A stretch of 64,000 nucleotides of DNA from an uncultured Verrucomicrobiae bacterium (lineage in GTDB: Bacteria; Chlamydiota; Chlamydiia; Chlamydiales; Rhabdochlamydiaceae): positions 928,001-992,000 of the forward strand of contig CAWDYW010000001.1 in the NCBI GenBank assembly GCA_963806855.1, given 5' to 3'. Under the pieces are notes generated by a model, which was not told the origin of the DNA, searched no databases, and saw only the letters and a program-made list of their open reading frames with translations. This document shows, piece after piece, positions 39,721 through 49,291 of this stretch; position 1 is the first letter of the stretch, and every line of letters starts with the position of its first letter. A program made the translations under genes and the position numbers.

Positions 39721-40455
39721 TTATTTGTGTTCGCTGCCATGTCCGCCACCGCCTTGTTTTACACCAGCTTGAGCTCTAGGTTGTGTTGCACGCGCTTGAG
39801 CTCTAGGCTGTGTTGCACGAGGTTGACCGCTAGGCTGTGTTACACGCGCTTGAGCTCTAGGTTGTGTTGCACGAGGTTGACCGCTAGGCTGTGTTGCACG
39901 AGGTTGACCCCTAGGCTGTGTTACACGAGGTTGACCGCTAGGCTGTGTTGGACGAGCTTGGCCGCTAGGCTGTGTTGCACGAGCTTGACCGCTAGGCTGT
40001 GTTACACGAGGTTGACCGCTAGGCTGTCTTGTACCAGTTTGACCAGCGCCCCGGCTTCCACCCCATTGGCCCAGATGTTCCTGCTGATGTCTGGCGGCAT
40101 CGCCTATTCCGTGGCCATGGTCATAATCTTGATGGTGACGGCTACGAAAATCATTAAAATCCCGTTCATCGCCAAACCAAACTCCATAATACCATCCTGG
40201 GCCACCCCAATAGACATTGTAAAAGTCGTTATCTAACCAAGCATCATAATCATCTTCATCACCAAACCAATAGCCATAATACCAGCCGGGACCAGCCCAA
40301 TCTTGGTAAGACTGGTCATCATTATCGTCATAGTAGTAATTGCCATCTACATTGCCAACGCCGACATCGACAACGGGTGTTTGGACTGTAATTTGAGAAA
40401 CTAAAGAGCCGCATAAGCACGTAGCAGCGGTTAATATTGCTAAATAAGAATTCAT
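39721..40455 (-). CDS. Secreted WxGPGWYYG repeat protein with 9-aa tandem-repeat tail (paralog 2)
   Basis: Signal peptide; two WxGPGWYYGxWFGDE units; ten QP(S/R)(G/A)Q(P/A)RxT units. Confidence 0.85.
   Translation of the reverse strand: MNSYLAILTAATCLCGSLVSQITVQTPVVDVGVGNVDGNYYYDDNDDQSYQDWAGPGWYYGYWFGDEDDYDAWLDNDFYNVYWGGPGWYYGVWFGDERDFNDFRSRHHQDYDHGHGIGDAARHQQEHLGQWGGSRGAGQTGTRQPSGQPRVTQPSGQARATQPSGQARPTQPSGQPRVTQPRGQPRATQPSGQPRATQPRAQARVTQPSGQPRATQPRAQARATQPRAQAGVKQGGGGHGSEHK
39758..40027. repeat. 27-bp tandem repeat, about 10 copies (coding)
   Basis: Variants of GCTAGGCTGTGTTGCACGAGGTTGACC. Confidence 0.9.
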
Positions 40456-40550
40456 CTTCCCCTCTTATTTTAGGACTTAAACTTCCTATACCAATAAAGG
40501 GGATTTAGAACAATTGCGTATAAGAAAGGACGATGGAAATAATAGGATGC

Positions 40551-40589
40551 GTGCTCGTGCCCGAAATTTATTGATTCGGGCACGGGCAC
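40551..40589. repeat. REP-like palindrome
   Basis: GTGCTCGTGCCCGAA-atttattga-TTCGGGCACGGGCAC; same family at 54052. Confidence 0.85.
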
Positions 40590-40621
40590 AAAAGTGACAT
40601 TGAGATATTTTTCAATCGCGA

Positions 40622-41065
40622 TTATCTGTGTCCACCATGGCCACCGCCACCGCCGCCACTACGTCCGCCACCGCCGCCACTACGTCCGCCACCGCCGCCG
40701 CCACCTTGTCTAACATTGGCATGTCCGCCGCCGCCACCTTGTCTAACACCGGCTTGACCTTGATTTCTGCCCTCATTGCCCCATCCGCGTCCATGACCGT
40801 GATCCCCACGGCGACGGTTACGATAATTATTATAATCCCCTTCGTCGCCATACCAAATCCCATAGTACCATCCTGGGCCAGTCCAATCTTGGTAATAACC
40901 GTCATCATAATCGCCATAATAACCGTCATCATAACCGTCTTCGTAGTAATAGCCATCCCCATCGCCGACACCGACATCGACAACTGGTGTTTGGATTGAA
41001 ACTTGAGAAACTAAAGAGCCACACAAGCAAGTAGCGGCAGTTAGTATTGCTAAATAAATATTCAT
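40622..41065 (-). CDS. Secreted WxGPGWYYG protein with Gly-rich tail (paralog 3)
   Basis: Near-identical signal peptide to 39721..40455; YDDGYY repeats; WTGPGWYYGIWYGDE. Confidence 0.85.
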   Translation of the reverse strand: MNIYLAILTAATCLCGSLVSQVSIQTPVVDVGVGDGDGYYYEDGYDDGYYGDYDDGYYQDWTGPGWYYGIWYGDEGDYNNYRNRRRGDHGHGRGWGNEGRNQGQAGVRQGGGGGHANVRQGGGGGGGRSGGGGGRSGGGGGGHGGHR

Positions 41066-41116
41066 CTTTCCCCCTTTGAGTTTAGGTCTTAAATTTCCTA
41101 TACCAATAAAGGGGAT

Positions 41117-42163
41117 TTAGAACAACTGCGTATAAGAAAGGATGATGGAAACGAAATTAGAGCTATTTCGGCCCGTGACTGTGAACCAGACCCCGCCGAT
41201 GAAGCCCCCATTCCCACTCAGATTGTATTCAATCGCTGGCGCGAGGGAGAGCTGATCAGAGGAGGGGGCCCCATTGACAACGGGCGGTGTCCCAGGAAAG
41301 CCTGAGAAGGTGCTCTTCCATGAATAGGTGTAGGCGATATCGTTTGCAAATACCCATTTTTGGGTGATGCTGACCTCGATTCCGAGGTCGATATTTAAAC
41401 TTGGGCCTACAGAGATTCGTCCCCGAGTGCCGAGGGAGCCTCCATAAGCGTTGAAGTCGCGCACCTTCACTTTAGCGTCCGGAAAGACATAGGATGAGGC
41501 CAATCGAACGCTGATCGGGTGGAGTTTGATCTTCCAGAAGATTTTATTGAGATTGAGGCCAACCGAGGTTTGATAAGCCCCGCCACCAGTGGCATCGATC
41601 CCAAACTTATTCGGGTTCAAGTGACGAAATTTTCCAGTTGGAAACACTTCCCCAACAACAAAGCGAACTGAGGGGCGGTAGGCAGATTGAGTGACGAGTT
41701 GGAAGCCAAAATTGATCGAGGTGTCCCCAAAGTGGCGTGCATATTGATCTTTTCTCCATCTGGCAAACCACTGGCCGATGATGGTGAAGTCGAGCCAATC
41801 GGAGAGGCCCCGTTGCACAAGGATTAGAGGATTGACCGTGTAGACATTGGGAACATTTATCGATTTGCGGTGATCATTGAACTGCGCATATTGGATTGTG
41901 TTATAGAGATACCCTTGGATGTTCACTTTCCATGGGGGGACGTTATTGGCAGAGCCTGTGATCAGCGGTCCTGTATACCAAGGGATGAACATCTTTTTGG
42001 CAGTTTGGAAATCCTTCTCCGCTTGGTCGAGCTCAACCTGGATCTGCTCAGGCGTCTTGATTGGTCCGGCAGGCCCTTGCTCTTGGGTCTCTTCAGTGGT
42101 CTTGATTTCTTCAGCCTGTAGAGCAGCTAGAGAGATCATAAGGATGGGAAGAAATTTTCTCAT
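41117..42163 (-). CDS. Outer-membrane beta-barrel (MetA-pathway/transporter-like)
   Basis: Signal peptide; GD, FPTG.F, LSLAPAIEYN; C-terminal Phe. Confidence 0.7.
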   Translation of the reverse strand: MRKFLPILMISLAALQAEEIKTTEETQEQGPAGPIKTPEQIQVELDQAEKDFQTAKKMFIPWYTGPLITGSANNVPPWKVNIQGYLYNTIQYAQFNDHRKSINVPNVYTVNPLILVQRGLSDWLDFTIIGQWFARWRKDQYARHFGDTSINFGFQLVTQSAYRPSVRFVVGEVFPTGKFRHLNPNKFGIDATGGGAYQTSVGLNLNKIFWKIKLHPISVRLASSYVFPDAKVKVRDFNAYGGSLGTRGRISVGPSLNIDLGIEVSITQKWVFANDIAYTYSWKSTFSGFPGTPPVVNGAPSSDQLSLAPAIEYNLSGNGGFIGGVWFTVTGRNSSNFVSIILSYTQLF

Positions 42164-42223
42164 GATGATAGGTATACCTTTTTTTAGAATTCTGATAAAC
42201 ACAAAATAAAGAGGTTGGTCTAT

Positions 42224-42541
42224 ATGGAAATATCAGGCGACAAGCCAGACAGGGTGTTGTACAAACAGGAACTTCAAAAAGGGGTTAAGCTCTTTGAGGA
42301 TGGTTTCAAGGGGCTGCAGAAATCAAAGCTCGACGCTCAAAAATCGGAATACGAAAAAAGCATGGGCGAAAGTCTACAGGTGATTCAAGATACCGCCAAT
42401 GCGCTGATGAATAAACACCTGCTCAAGATGAAAGAGAAACTCGAAAAGGATTACCAAAATTATTTGGCTAATCCCACAGACCCAAATCGAGACAAGATCC
42501 AAAAAGATATCGATTCGTTAAAGAAATCGACTAGTTCCTAG
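42224..42541 (+). CDS. Hypothetical helical protein
   Basis: ~105-aa ORF with GAGG RBS; K/E/Q-rich. Confidence 0.7.
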   Translation: MEISGDKPDRVLYKQELQKGVKLFEDGFKGLQKSKLDAQKSEYEKSMGESLQVIQDTANALMNKHLLKMKEKLEKDYQNYLANPTDPNRDKIQKDIDSLKKSTSS

Positions 42542-43836
42542 ACGCTCTCAAATAATCGATGGATGTAATCATTGGAAAACAGCCCATCGGGATCTAATGC
42601 TTGCTTTGCATCCACGAACCGGTCGTAAGTCTGAGGATAAAGCTGCTTAACTTGCTCTTTTGTCAAAGTATGGATCTTGCCCCAGTGAGGTCTGCCTCGA
42701 TACTTCATCATCGCATTTTCAAATTCATGGAATAGTTCTCTGAATCCTTTTTTTATGATCGTAATATAGGTGAGATGTGCCACCGATTGATTAAGATTAG
42801 GGCTTAAGTAGCCATAGGGATCAGGTCCGACAAAGCGCACAGCAATGAAGGTAACCATTAAAGGATGATTTTTTGAATATTCAAGGATGACCTTCTTGGC
42901 ATCGCGAATTGCATTTTCGAGCTGTTCAACAGGAACTGCTATCTCTTCTTCTACATAATGCCCTTCATCTTCAGGGGAGAGGATTCGATAACTTTCATCT
43001 ACACAAGAAAAATTGGAAGAAACGGCCCGGTAAATTCGAAAGAGATTGGGGAAAACCCACCTTGGGGAAGGTAAATAGTCCATAGAGAGGACGGCAAGGA
43101 ATTTAAGAAGCACTATGTGGAAAATATAACCCCATCGATTTCGTATCTTCGCTTCGGTCTTTTGATATCCCAGGGCTAAAACTCTATCTGTATAGGGGCA
43201 TACCTCGAACATGAAATGGTCATAGGTCTTCAGCGACTGCGTAAGCTCTTTTAGGCAATCTTTTAAATCGCTCTTTGCTTTGGTTAACTTTAACCTCTGA
43301 AGGGGGATGCAACGGAGGGTCATGGCGTAAATGAGGCCTAAGCAACCCAGGTTGACTACAGCGGCAGAAAAGAGATGTTCATTGTTCTTGGCATTGAGAA
43401 TCTGGAGCTGTCCATGAGCATCAACCAGCTCGATTTCCTCTATGAAGCTACTCAAGGATCCTGTGTGTCCAGATCCATGAGTGGCTGTGGCAGTTGCGCC
43501 AGCGATACTCTGTCTAAGAATGTAGCCTTGATTCGGTAAAGAGAGCCCCTCTTTTGCTAAGCTCTTGACTAGGGCTTTCAGCTTAATTCCACTTTCCACA
43601 CGAACGGTCATTTTGGTCCGATCAATCAAAAGTACTTGATTGAGCTTATCCGTATGTACCTGGATATCAGGGGTCACACATAAATCATTATAGGAATGCA
43701 AGGAACCGATCGCTCGGATTTTTAATCCCCTCTCCTTGGCAGAGAGAACGATTTTTTTCAAATCTTCAAGGGAAGTTGGATAGACCACTTCCCTTGAAGT
43801 CCAAACTTGTACGTTTGACCAATTTCGATGTTTCAT
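42538..43836 (-). CDS. FAD-linked oxidase (aldonolactone oxidase, ALO/GULO family)
   Basis: NWS, GSLHS, QSIAGATATATHG, GCLG, GRPHWGK, LDPDGLF.N. Confidence 0.9.
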   Translation of the reverse strand: MKHRNWSNVQVWTSREVVYPTSLEDLKKIVLSAKERGLKIRAIGSLHSYNDLCVTPDIQVHTDKLNQVLLIDRTKMTVRVESGIKLKALVKSLAKEGLSLPNQGYILRQSIAGATATATHGSGHTGSLSSFIEEIELVDAHGQLQILNAKNNEHLFSAAVVNLGCLGLIYAMTLRCIPLQRLKLTKAKSDLKDCLKELTQSLKTYDHFMFEVCPYTDRVLALGYQKTEAKIRNRWGYIFHIVLLKFLAVLSMDYLPSPRWVFPNLFRIYRAVSSNFSCVDESYRILSPEDEGHYVEEEIAVPVEQLENAIRDAKKVILEYSKNHPLMVTFIAVRFVGPDPYGYLSPNLNQSVAHLTYITIIKKGFRELFHEFENAMMKYRGRPHWGKIHTLTKEQVKQLYPQTYDRFVDAKQALDPDGLFSNDYIHRLFESV

Positions 43837-43866
43837 CTTATTTGAAACGCGATTGCCCGCGCCAAA

Positions 43867-44010
43867 TTAGAAACGTCCGCCAAAGATACCAATGAGGCCG
43901 ACGATAATCAAATAGAAAGCGACGATGTAGTTTAAAATTGCTGGGAATATAAGAATTAAAATCCCGGCTAGTAATGTTAAAATTGGGCTTAACAGTGGGT
44001 GTAGTAGCAT
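43867..44010 (-). CDS. DUF3096 small membrane protein (47 aa, absent from the ORF track)
   Basis: MLLHPLLSPILTLLAGILILIFPAILNYIVAFYLIIVGLIGIFGGRF; AAGGAG RBS. Confidence 0.85.
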   Translation of the reverse strand: MLLHPLLSPILTLLAGILILIFPAILNYIVAFYLIIVGLIGIFGGRF

Positions 44011-44109
44011 AATACAACTCCTTTATGTATTTACTTCCTTAATTAACATATATAACAAAAAAATCTTTTTGATCAATAAAATTATTCAGCTTGCTTAATT
44101 TTAGTTGCT

Positions 44110-44276
44110 TATACCGAAACAACCTGAAGAATCGGGAATTCGACAAGGAGGCGGCACAAATTTTGCAGTCTGGAACGAGCGACATTGTTCTAAACTGCGG
44201 CGCGAGTGAAGACTCAAAATTTTGGCCTAAGCCGACGACGTCGAAAAACCGATTCTTCAGGTTGTTTCGGGATATA
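44110..44276. mobile_element. ~167-bp palindromic element (RPE-like), element C
   Basis: 22-bp perfect IR CCGAAACAACCTGAAGAATCGG (44114-44135 / 44249-44270) plus inner stems. Confidence 0.8.
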
Positions 44277-44333
44277 TTTGCTTCTTGCATTTTTTTCCAG
44301 TATCACACAAAAGAAGTTTAAAGGGGAATAAGG

Positions 44334-45410
44334 ATGCAAGACAAAGAGATTATTCTGATCACAGGTTGTAGCGGGAGAATAGGATTTAGATGCGCGGAGA
44401 AATTTGCAGATAAATACAAAGTCCTAGGAGCCGACGTGTTCTTGGTGGGCCATTTGCCGGGGATTGAGCTAATCGGGATTGATCTTGGCTCTCCCAAAAA
44501 TCTCCAAGAGGGATTGGCAATCATTAAATCCCAATTTGGCAATCGGATCGCATCGGTCATCCATTTAGCTGCCTACTACAGTTTCACAAAAGGGCACTGG
44601 GGAGAATACGAGAGGATCACGATCAATGGAACAAAGAATCTCTTAGAGGGCCTGCTCACGGATTTTGAGGTGGGGCAGTTCATCTTCTCTAGTACGATGC
44701 TGGTCCATGCTCCTTGCAAAAAGGGAGAGAAAATCACAGAAGAATCGCCGGTTAGCCCGACTTGGAATTATCCCAAATCGAAAGTGATCACTGAGAATAT
44801 CATTCATGAAAAGCTGCATGGGAAAATCCCTTATGTGATTTTTCGCATAGCGGGTGTCTATGATGATCAGTGCCATTCGATCCCTCTTTCGAATCAGATT
44901 CAGCGGATTTATGAAAATCAATTGGAAGGACATGTCTTTGCTGGCGATACCTCGCATGGAGCTTCCTTCATCCATATGGAGGATCTTGTCGATGCGATCT
45001 ATCGGGCGGTTGAGAAGAGGAAAGAGCTTCCAAAAGAGCTAGTATTGCTTTTGGGTGAACCGACCACTCTGAGCTATGATGAAATTCAAAGGCAAGTGTC
45101 GAAATTGATCTATGGGAAAGAGTGGAAGACCTGGGGCATCCCAAAACCAATAGCGAAACTCGGGGCGTATGCCATGGAGCTTCTCCCATTTTTCAGAAAA
45201 GGATTTATCCAACCCTGGATGATCGATCTGGCCGATGATCACTATGAGCTCGATATTTCCAAGGCAAAAAGATATCTAAACTGGGAGCCGAGGCATCATT
45301 TAAAAGAGACGATTCCGCTCTGGATCGATCAGCTGAAACGAGAGCCGCTCGCCTGGTATGATATCAATAAACTAAGACCTTCAGCAAAAATAGTGCATGG
45401 ACAGAATTAG
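44334..45410 (+). CDS. NAD-dependent epimerase/dehydratase (extended SDR)
   Basis: ITGCSGRIG, IHLAAY, YPKSK. Confidence 0.9.
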   Translation: MQDKEIILITGCSGRIGFRCAEKFADKYKVLGADVFLVGHLPGIELIGIDLGSPKNLQEGLAIIKSQFGNRIASVIHLAAYYSFTKGHWGEYERITINGTKNLLEGLLTDFEVGQFIFSSTMLVHAPCKKGEKITEESPVSPTWNYPKSKVITENIIHEKLHGKIPYVIFRIAGVYDDQCHSIPLSNQIQRIYENQLEGHVFAGDTSHGASFIHMEDLVDAIYRAVEKRKELPKELVLLLGEPTTLSYDEIQRQVSKLIYGKEWKTWGIPKPIAKLGAYAMELLPFFRKGFIQPWMIDLADDHYELDISKAKRYLNWEPRHHLKETIPLWIDQLKREPLAWYDINKLRPSAKIVHGQN

Positions 45411-45455
45411 GATATTTATTAGCGCAAGCAGGAGAAATCAATCTGGAAATTCTTG

Positions 45456-46619
45456 CTAAATGGTACGTCTAGTCCATAAAAATAGCGGAATGGCGGCGAC
45501 TTGAGTCACGATAGAAAAGATGACGAGCGCAACAATCGAAATATCATAGAAAATTCCCATTATCGCGCTCCCAATTGCCCAAAAAATCCCGATGACTAAA
45601 TTGAGTAATCCATAGGCCGAACCTCGCTGCTTTGGTTGGACAAGCACGGCCACGATCGAGCGAACAATCGATTCTTGAGCCCCCATCCCAATGCCCCAGA
45701 GGACCATCCCCAGAAGAGCCCACTTAAATCCCCCTAAAAAGACGAGGGGGGCAAAGAATAGGGAAATCGCTGTTGAGACAATCAGAACCCAGATTCCTTT
45801 GATATCAAAGAGTCGCCCAACGATCAGAGCGGTAAGGCCATCGACCCCCATCGCAATCGAATACAACAGGGGGATCCAGAGGGGAGAGAAGCCTGATGAT
45901 TTTTGAAAATGGTAGGCGATCAGAGTAAAATCTGTATACCCTGCAATCACAAGCCCCACTGCCAAAGCATAAATCCAGAAGGTCTTTGTGAGCCCTTTAG
46001 TTTTTAGAGTGGGGGTTTGCCTTTCCAATTTTTCAGGCGATGGAAAGGAAATTCTAGCTAGAGCAAGGATCAGAAGAGAGAGTAGAGCAGGGATGAACAG
46101 GAAGAGGAAACTCCTTTGATAGCCCATCTTATAATAGAGGAGAATCGCAATGAAAATCGGGCCGATGATGGCGCCAATTTGATCGAGCGCTTCATGCAGT
46201 CCAAAGCCCCATCCCCGTCCTGTCTGCTTCGTCGCGTAGGAAAGGATCGCATCTCGCGGAGGTACCCGTATAGCTTTGCCAAAACGTTCTAAGATGATGA
46301 GCAGAGAAGCCATCTGCCAACTGCCGGCAAACGCCAGGAGTGGAACTGCGACTAAATTGATCACATACCCCAGAATAGTGAGCAGCCAGTAATTGCCTGT
46401 TTTGTCGCTAAAATATCCCGCAACCGCGCGGAAACTATAGCCAATAAAGGTGGCGACACCAACGACAGAGCCTACAGCAGTGCCACTAGCTCCTAGGAAA
46501 GAAAAAAAGGGGCCAATGATGCTGCGCGCTCCTTCATAGGTTACGTCAGCAAATAGGCTCACCAACCCAAGGAGGATGATCAGTCTAAGAGAAGCTTTTT
46601 TCAGCTTGGAGGAGGTCAT
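45456..46619 (-). CDS. MFS transporter
   Basis: VSLFADVTYEGARS, ERFGKAIR.PPRD, GWGFGLHEALDQIGA. Confidence 0.92.
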   Translation of the reverse strand: MTSSKLKKASLRLIILLGLVSLFADVTYEGARSIIGPFFSFLGASGTAVGSVVGVATFIGYSFRAVAGYFSDKTGNYWLLTILGYVINLVAVPLLAFAGSWQMASLLIILERFGKAIRVPPRDAILSYATKQTGRGWGFGLHEALDQIGAIIGPIFIAILLYYKMGYQRSFLFLFIPALLSLLILALARISFPSPEKLERQTPTLKTKGLTKTFWIYALAVGLVIAGYTDFTLIAYHFQKSSGFSPLWIPLLYSIAMGVDGLTALIVGRLFDIKGIWVLIVSTAISLFFAPLVFLGGFKWALLGMVLWGIGMGAQESIVRSIVAVLVQPKQRGSAYGLLNLVIGIFWAIGSAIMGIFYDISIVALVIFSIVTQVAAIPLFLWTRRTI

Positions 46620-46663
46620 TATTTGGACTATACAGAAATAGCTAATTCGATTAGAAGAAAGAT

Positions 46664-47314
46664 ATGCTAAAAAACCTCTCATTTTTAATCGTCCTTCTTT
46701 GTAGCCAGCTTATTTATGGCGTCAGCCTTCAGAGCGATATCGATCGGGCGGTCGTAACGATTCGGGACTTCAAGAGGATGCCCGAGTCCAGCATCCCCAA
46801 TCAAGTGCTGAAAAACGCCCAAGGGCTTGTGATCCTCAATGAAGTGAAAGGGGGATTCATTTTTAGCGGTGGGATCGGTTCTGGGCTTATCGTCGCCAGA
46901 TTAAATCAAGGGTGGTCGGCCCCTTCTGCGATTGGGACCGGTTCGGTGGGTTGGGGATTTCAAATTGGGGGCGAAGTGACCGATCTAGTCCTAGTTTTGA
47001 ATAACAAGGCAGCTGTTGAGGCTTTTTCTCACGGAGGGAGCATCACATTGGGTGGGAATTTGAGTATTGCGGCAGGCCCCCTTGGCAGAACAGCAGAGGC
47101 CGATGTCGTTCTTCCACCTGCTGCGATCTATACCTACAGCATCAGCCGCGGGGTATTTGGCGGTGTTTCTCTTAAAGGGGCAGTCTTTGTGGAGCGGGCA
47201 TCAGACAATGCAGCTTTTTACGGATTTCAAGCCACCCCCTATCAATTGTTATATGGGCAGGTGCCGCCGCCAGCTAGCGCCAAGCCGCTTTATGATGAGT
47301 TAAATCAATTCTGA
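46664..47314 (+). CDS. Ysc84/SYLF lipid-binding domain protein
   Basis: KGGFIFSG..GSG, WSAPSAI, GFQIG, AAGPLGR, YS.SRGVFGGVSL.G. Confidence 0.92.
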   Translation: MLKNLSFLIVLLCSQLIYGVSLQSDIDRAVVTIRDFKRMPESSIPNQVLKNAQGLVILNEVKGGFIFSGGIGSGLIVARLNQGWSAPSAIGTGSVGWGFQIGGEVTDLVLVLNNKAAVEAFSHGGSITLGGNLSIAAGPLGRTAEADVVLPPAAIYTYSISRGVFGGVSLKGAVFVERASDNAAFYGFQATPYQLLYGQVPPPASAKPLYDELNQF

Positions 47315-48480
47315 CCAGCGATAAAACCCGTTGTCCAGGCATTTTGGAAGTTGAAGCCCCCTGTCACCCCATCGATATTTAAAATTTCTCCAGCAAAGAA
47401 TAACCCGGGACAAATCTTGCTCTCCATCGTCTGAAAATTGACCTCGCTCAAAGTGACGCCGCCGCAAGTGACAAACTCCTCCTTGTTGGTCGTCTTTCCT
47501 TCGACTTTATAGACATCAGCGTGCAGCTTTTCGGCTAATTTCCGCAGATCTTTATTTGAAATATCCTTAATTTTTCGATCGTCGGTAAATCGCTTCCATA
47601 AATTCTTAGGCAGGTTGAACAGATTTTCAGTGGTAAGATTCCGCTGTGGAGAACTCACTTTTAACTCCACCAGGGCCTGGTAAAGTTCTTCGATATTGTG
47701 CTTGGGTAGCCAATTGACGATTAGATCGACCTGGTAATTCTTGGCATGTAGTTCCCGCGCTGCCCATGCCGAGAGCTTGATCGCTGCAGGACCGCTAAAG
47801 CCAAAATGGGTAAGGAGCAGCGGCCCCGTTTGGATGAGTTGAGTGCCGCCGATTTTGAGCTCCGCAATAAGCGAGACGCCGCCAAGATCGAGCAGAGGGG
47901 AACTGGGGACATTAAAGGTAAAAAGAGAGGGGATCGGCTCCTGGATCGTATGCCCCAATTGCCTTGCCCACTCATAGCCTTGAGGACTACTTCCAGTGGC
48001 AAGGAGAAGGGTTCCTGTGACGATTTCATTAACCAAAAAACCCTTGTCTCTTTTTACGATCTGCTCCACTTTTTGGCGCAGTGCAATCTCGACTCCCAGC
48101 TTCTTGGCCTCGTCGAGCAGACAATGGATAATGGTTTCAGAGCTATCGGTGGTGGGGAACATCCGTCCATCCGATTCGGTTTTGAGCTTGACTCCTCGCG
48201 ACTCAAACCACTCTACCGTATCGCGCGGGCCAAAGCGGTGAAAGGGACCGATCAGCTCCTTGCCGCCGCGCGGGTAATTTTTTGAAAGGAGCAAGGGATC
48301 AAAACAGGCGTGCGTCACATTGCACCGCCCGCCGCCCGATATCCTCACTTTAGAAAGGAGAACTGCACTTTTTTCAAGAAGAAGGACAGAGGCTTTCGGA
48401 TGGGTCCGCTTGGCCTCAATCGCAGCGAAAATACCCGCCGCCCCGCCGCCGATAATCAGGTAATCTATCTTTTTTTCCAC
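47305..48480 (-). CDS. HI0933/BaiN family flavoprotein
   Basis: GGGAAG, SGGGRCNVT, THFGFSGP, TGGFNFQNAW. Confidence 0.93.
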   Translation of the reverse strand: MEKKIDYLIIGGGAAGIFAAIEAKRTHPKASVLLLEKSAVLLSKVRISGGGRCNVTHACFDPLLLSKNYPRGGKELIGPFHRFGPRDTVEWFESRGVKLKTESDGRMFPTTDSSETIIHCLLDEAKKLGVEIALRQKVEQIVKRDKGFLVNEIVTGTLLLATGSSPQGYEWARQLGHTIQEPIPSLFTFNVPSSPLLDLGGVSLIAELKIGGTQLIQTGPLLLTHFGFSGPAAIKLSAWAARELHAKNYQVDLIVNWLPKHNIEELYQALVELKVSSPQRNLTTENLFNLPKNLWKRFTDDRKIKDISNKDLRKLAEKLHADVYKVEGKTTNKEEFVTCGGVTLSEVNFQTMESKICPGLFFAGEILNIDGVTGGFNFQNAWTTGFIAGQN

Positions 48481-48502
48481 TTGTATTATTATACTCAGAA
48501 TT

Positions 48503-49291
48503 ATGAAGATATTCAATTTAGAAATGGAGTGGATCCATCAGCTGCAACATGCGCTGCGAACACCCCTGCTCGATTGGTTCTTTATTGGATGGAACTATCT
48601 AGACACCTTTGCTTTTTCCATGATTGTCATTATTGCTGTATGGACGCTGGTCGATAGGAAAATCGGCATTAAAATGTTATATATCCTCATCCTCAGCGGC
48701 GTATTAAATAAGTTTTTAAAAACCATTTTTGGACTCCCCCGCCCTTGCCACCTCGATCCATCGATGACCGTCTGGGTCTGTTATCCCAATTTTGGCTTTC
48801 CCAGTGGTGCGGCGCAGTCGGCGATGATTTATATTGGAGTTCTACTCATTGAGACTAAGAAACGGATCAACTGTCTATGGGGGGTGCTCTTTGGCCTCCT
48901 CCTTTGCTTCTCCAGGATCTATCTGGGCCTCCATTTTTTTACCGATATCCTTGGAGGGCTTGTAGTGGGCGCCTTGCTTGTCCTCCTCTATTGGAAGCTC
49001 TCCCCTCTGCTGGAATCCTATTGGAAATGGGGCGTTCTATTATTTCCCTTCCTGCTATTGCCAATGATCAGTCACCCGACCATGATCTTTTTCTGGAGCA
49101 GCTTAGGCGTCGGCCTAGGGTTGTTCCTCCCTCAAAAAGCCATTGAGAATAAGTGGGTCGATTTTTCGATTGTCCTTATCGGCTGTGCCCTCTGCCTAGC
49201 TGGATTGACTCTTTTCCCCAAGTTGAGCCCGATCTTCTCCCTACTGATGGGCTTTTGGCTCAGTTTTTCTAAGAGACCGTTGTCGAATTAA
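48503..49291 (+). CDS. PAP2 family phosphatase
   Basis: K......RP, FPSG, SRIYLGLHF.TD; the stop codon lies inside the downstream palindromic element. Confidence 0.9.
   Translation: MKIFNLEMEWIHQLQHALRTPLLDWFFIGWNYLDTFAFSMIVIIAVWTLVDRKIGIKMLYILILSGVLNKFLKTIFGLPRPCHLDPSMTVWVCYPNFGFPSGAAQSAMIYIGVLLIETKKRINCLWGVLFGLLLCFSRIYLGLHFFTDILGGLVVGALLVLLYWKLSPLLESYWKWGVLLFPFLLLPMISHPTMIFFWSSLGVGLGLFLPQKAIENKWVDFSIVLIGCALCLAGLTLFPKLSPIFSLLMGFWLSFSKRPLSN

Noticed and set aside
39758..40027. Possible CRISPR array
   Set aside because: Contiguous 27-bp coding tandem repeat with no unique spacers and no cas genes
39715..40236. Cys-rich + strand ORF (RLCCTRLTA repeats)
   Set aside because: Antisense shadow of the repeat in 39721..40455, which has a signal peptide, RBS and paralogs
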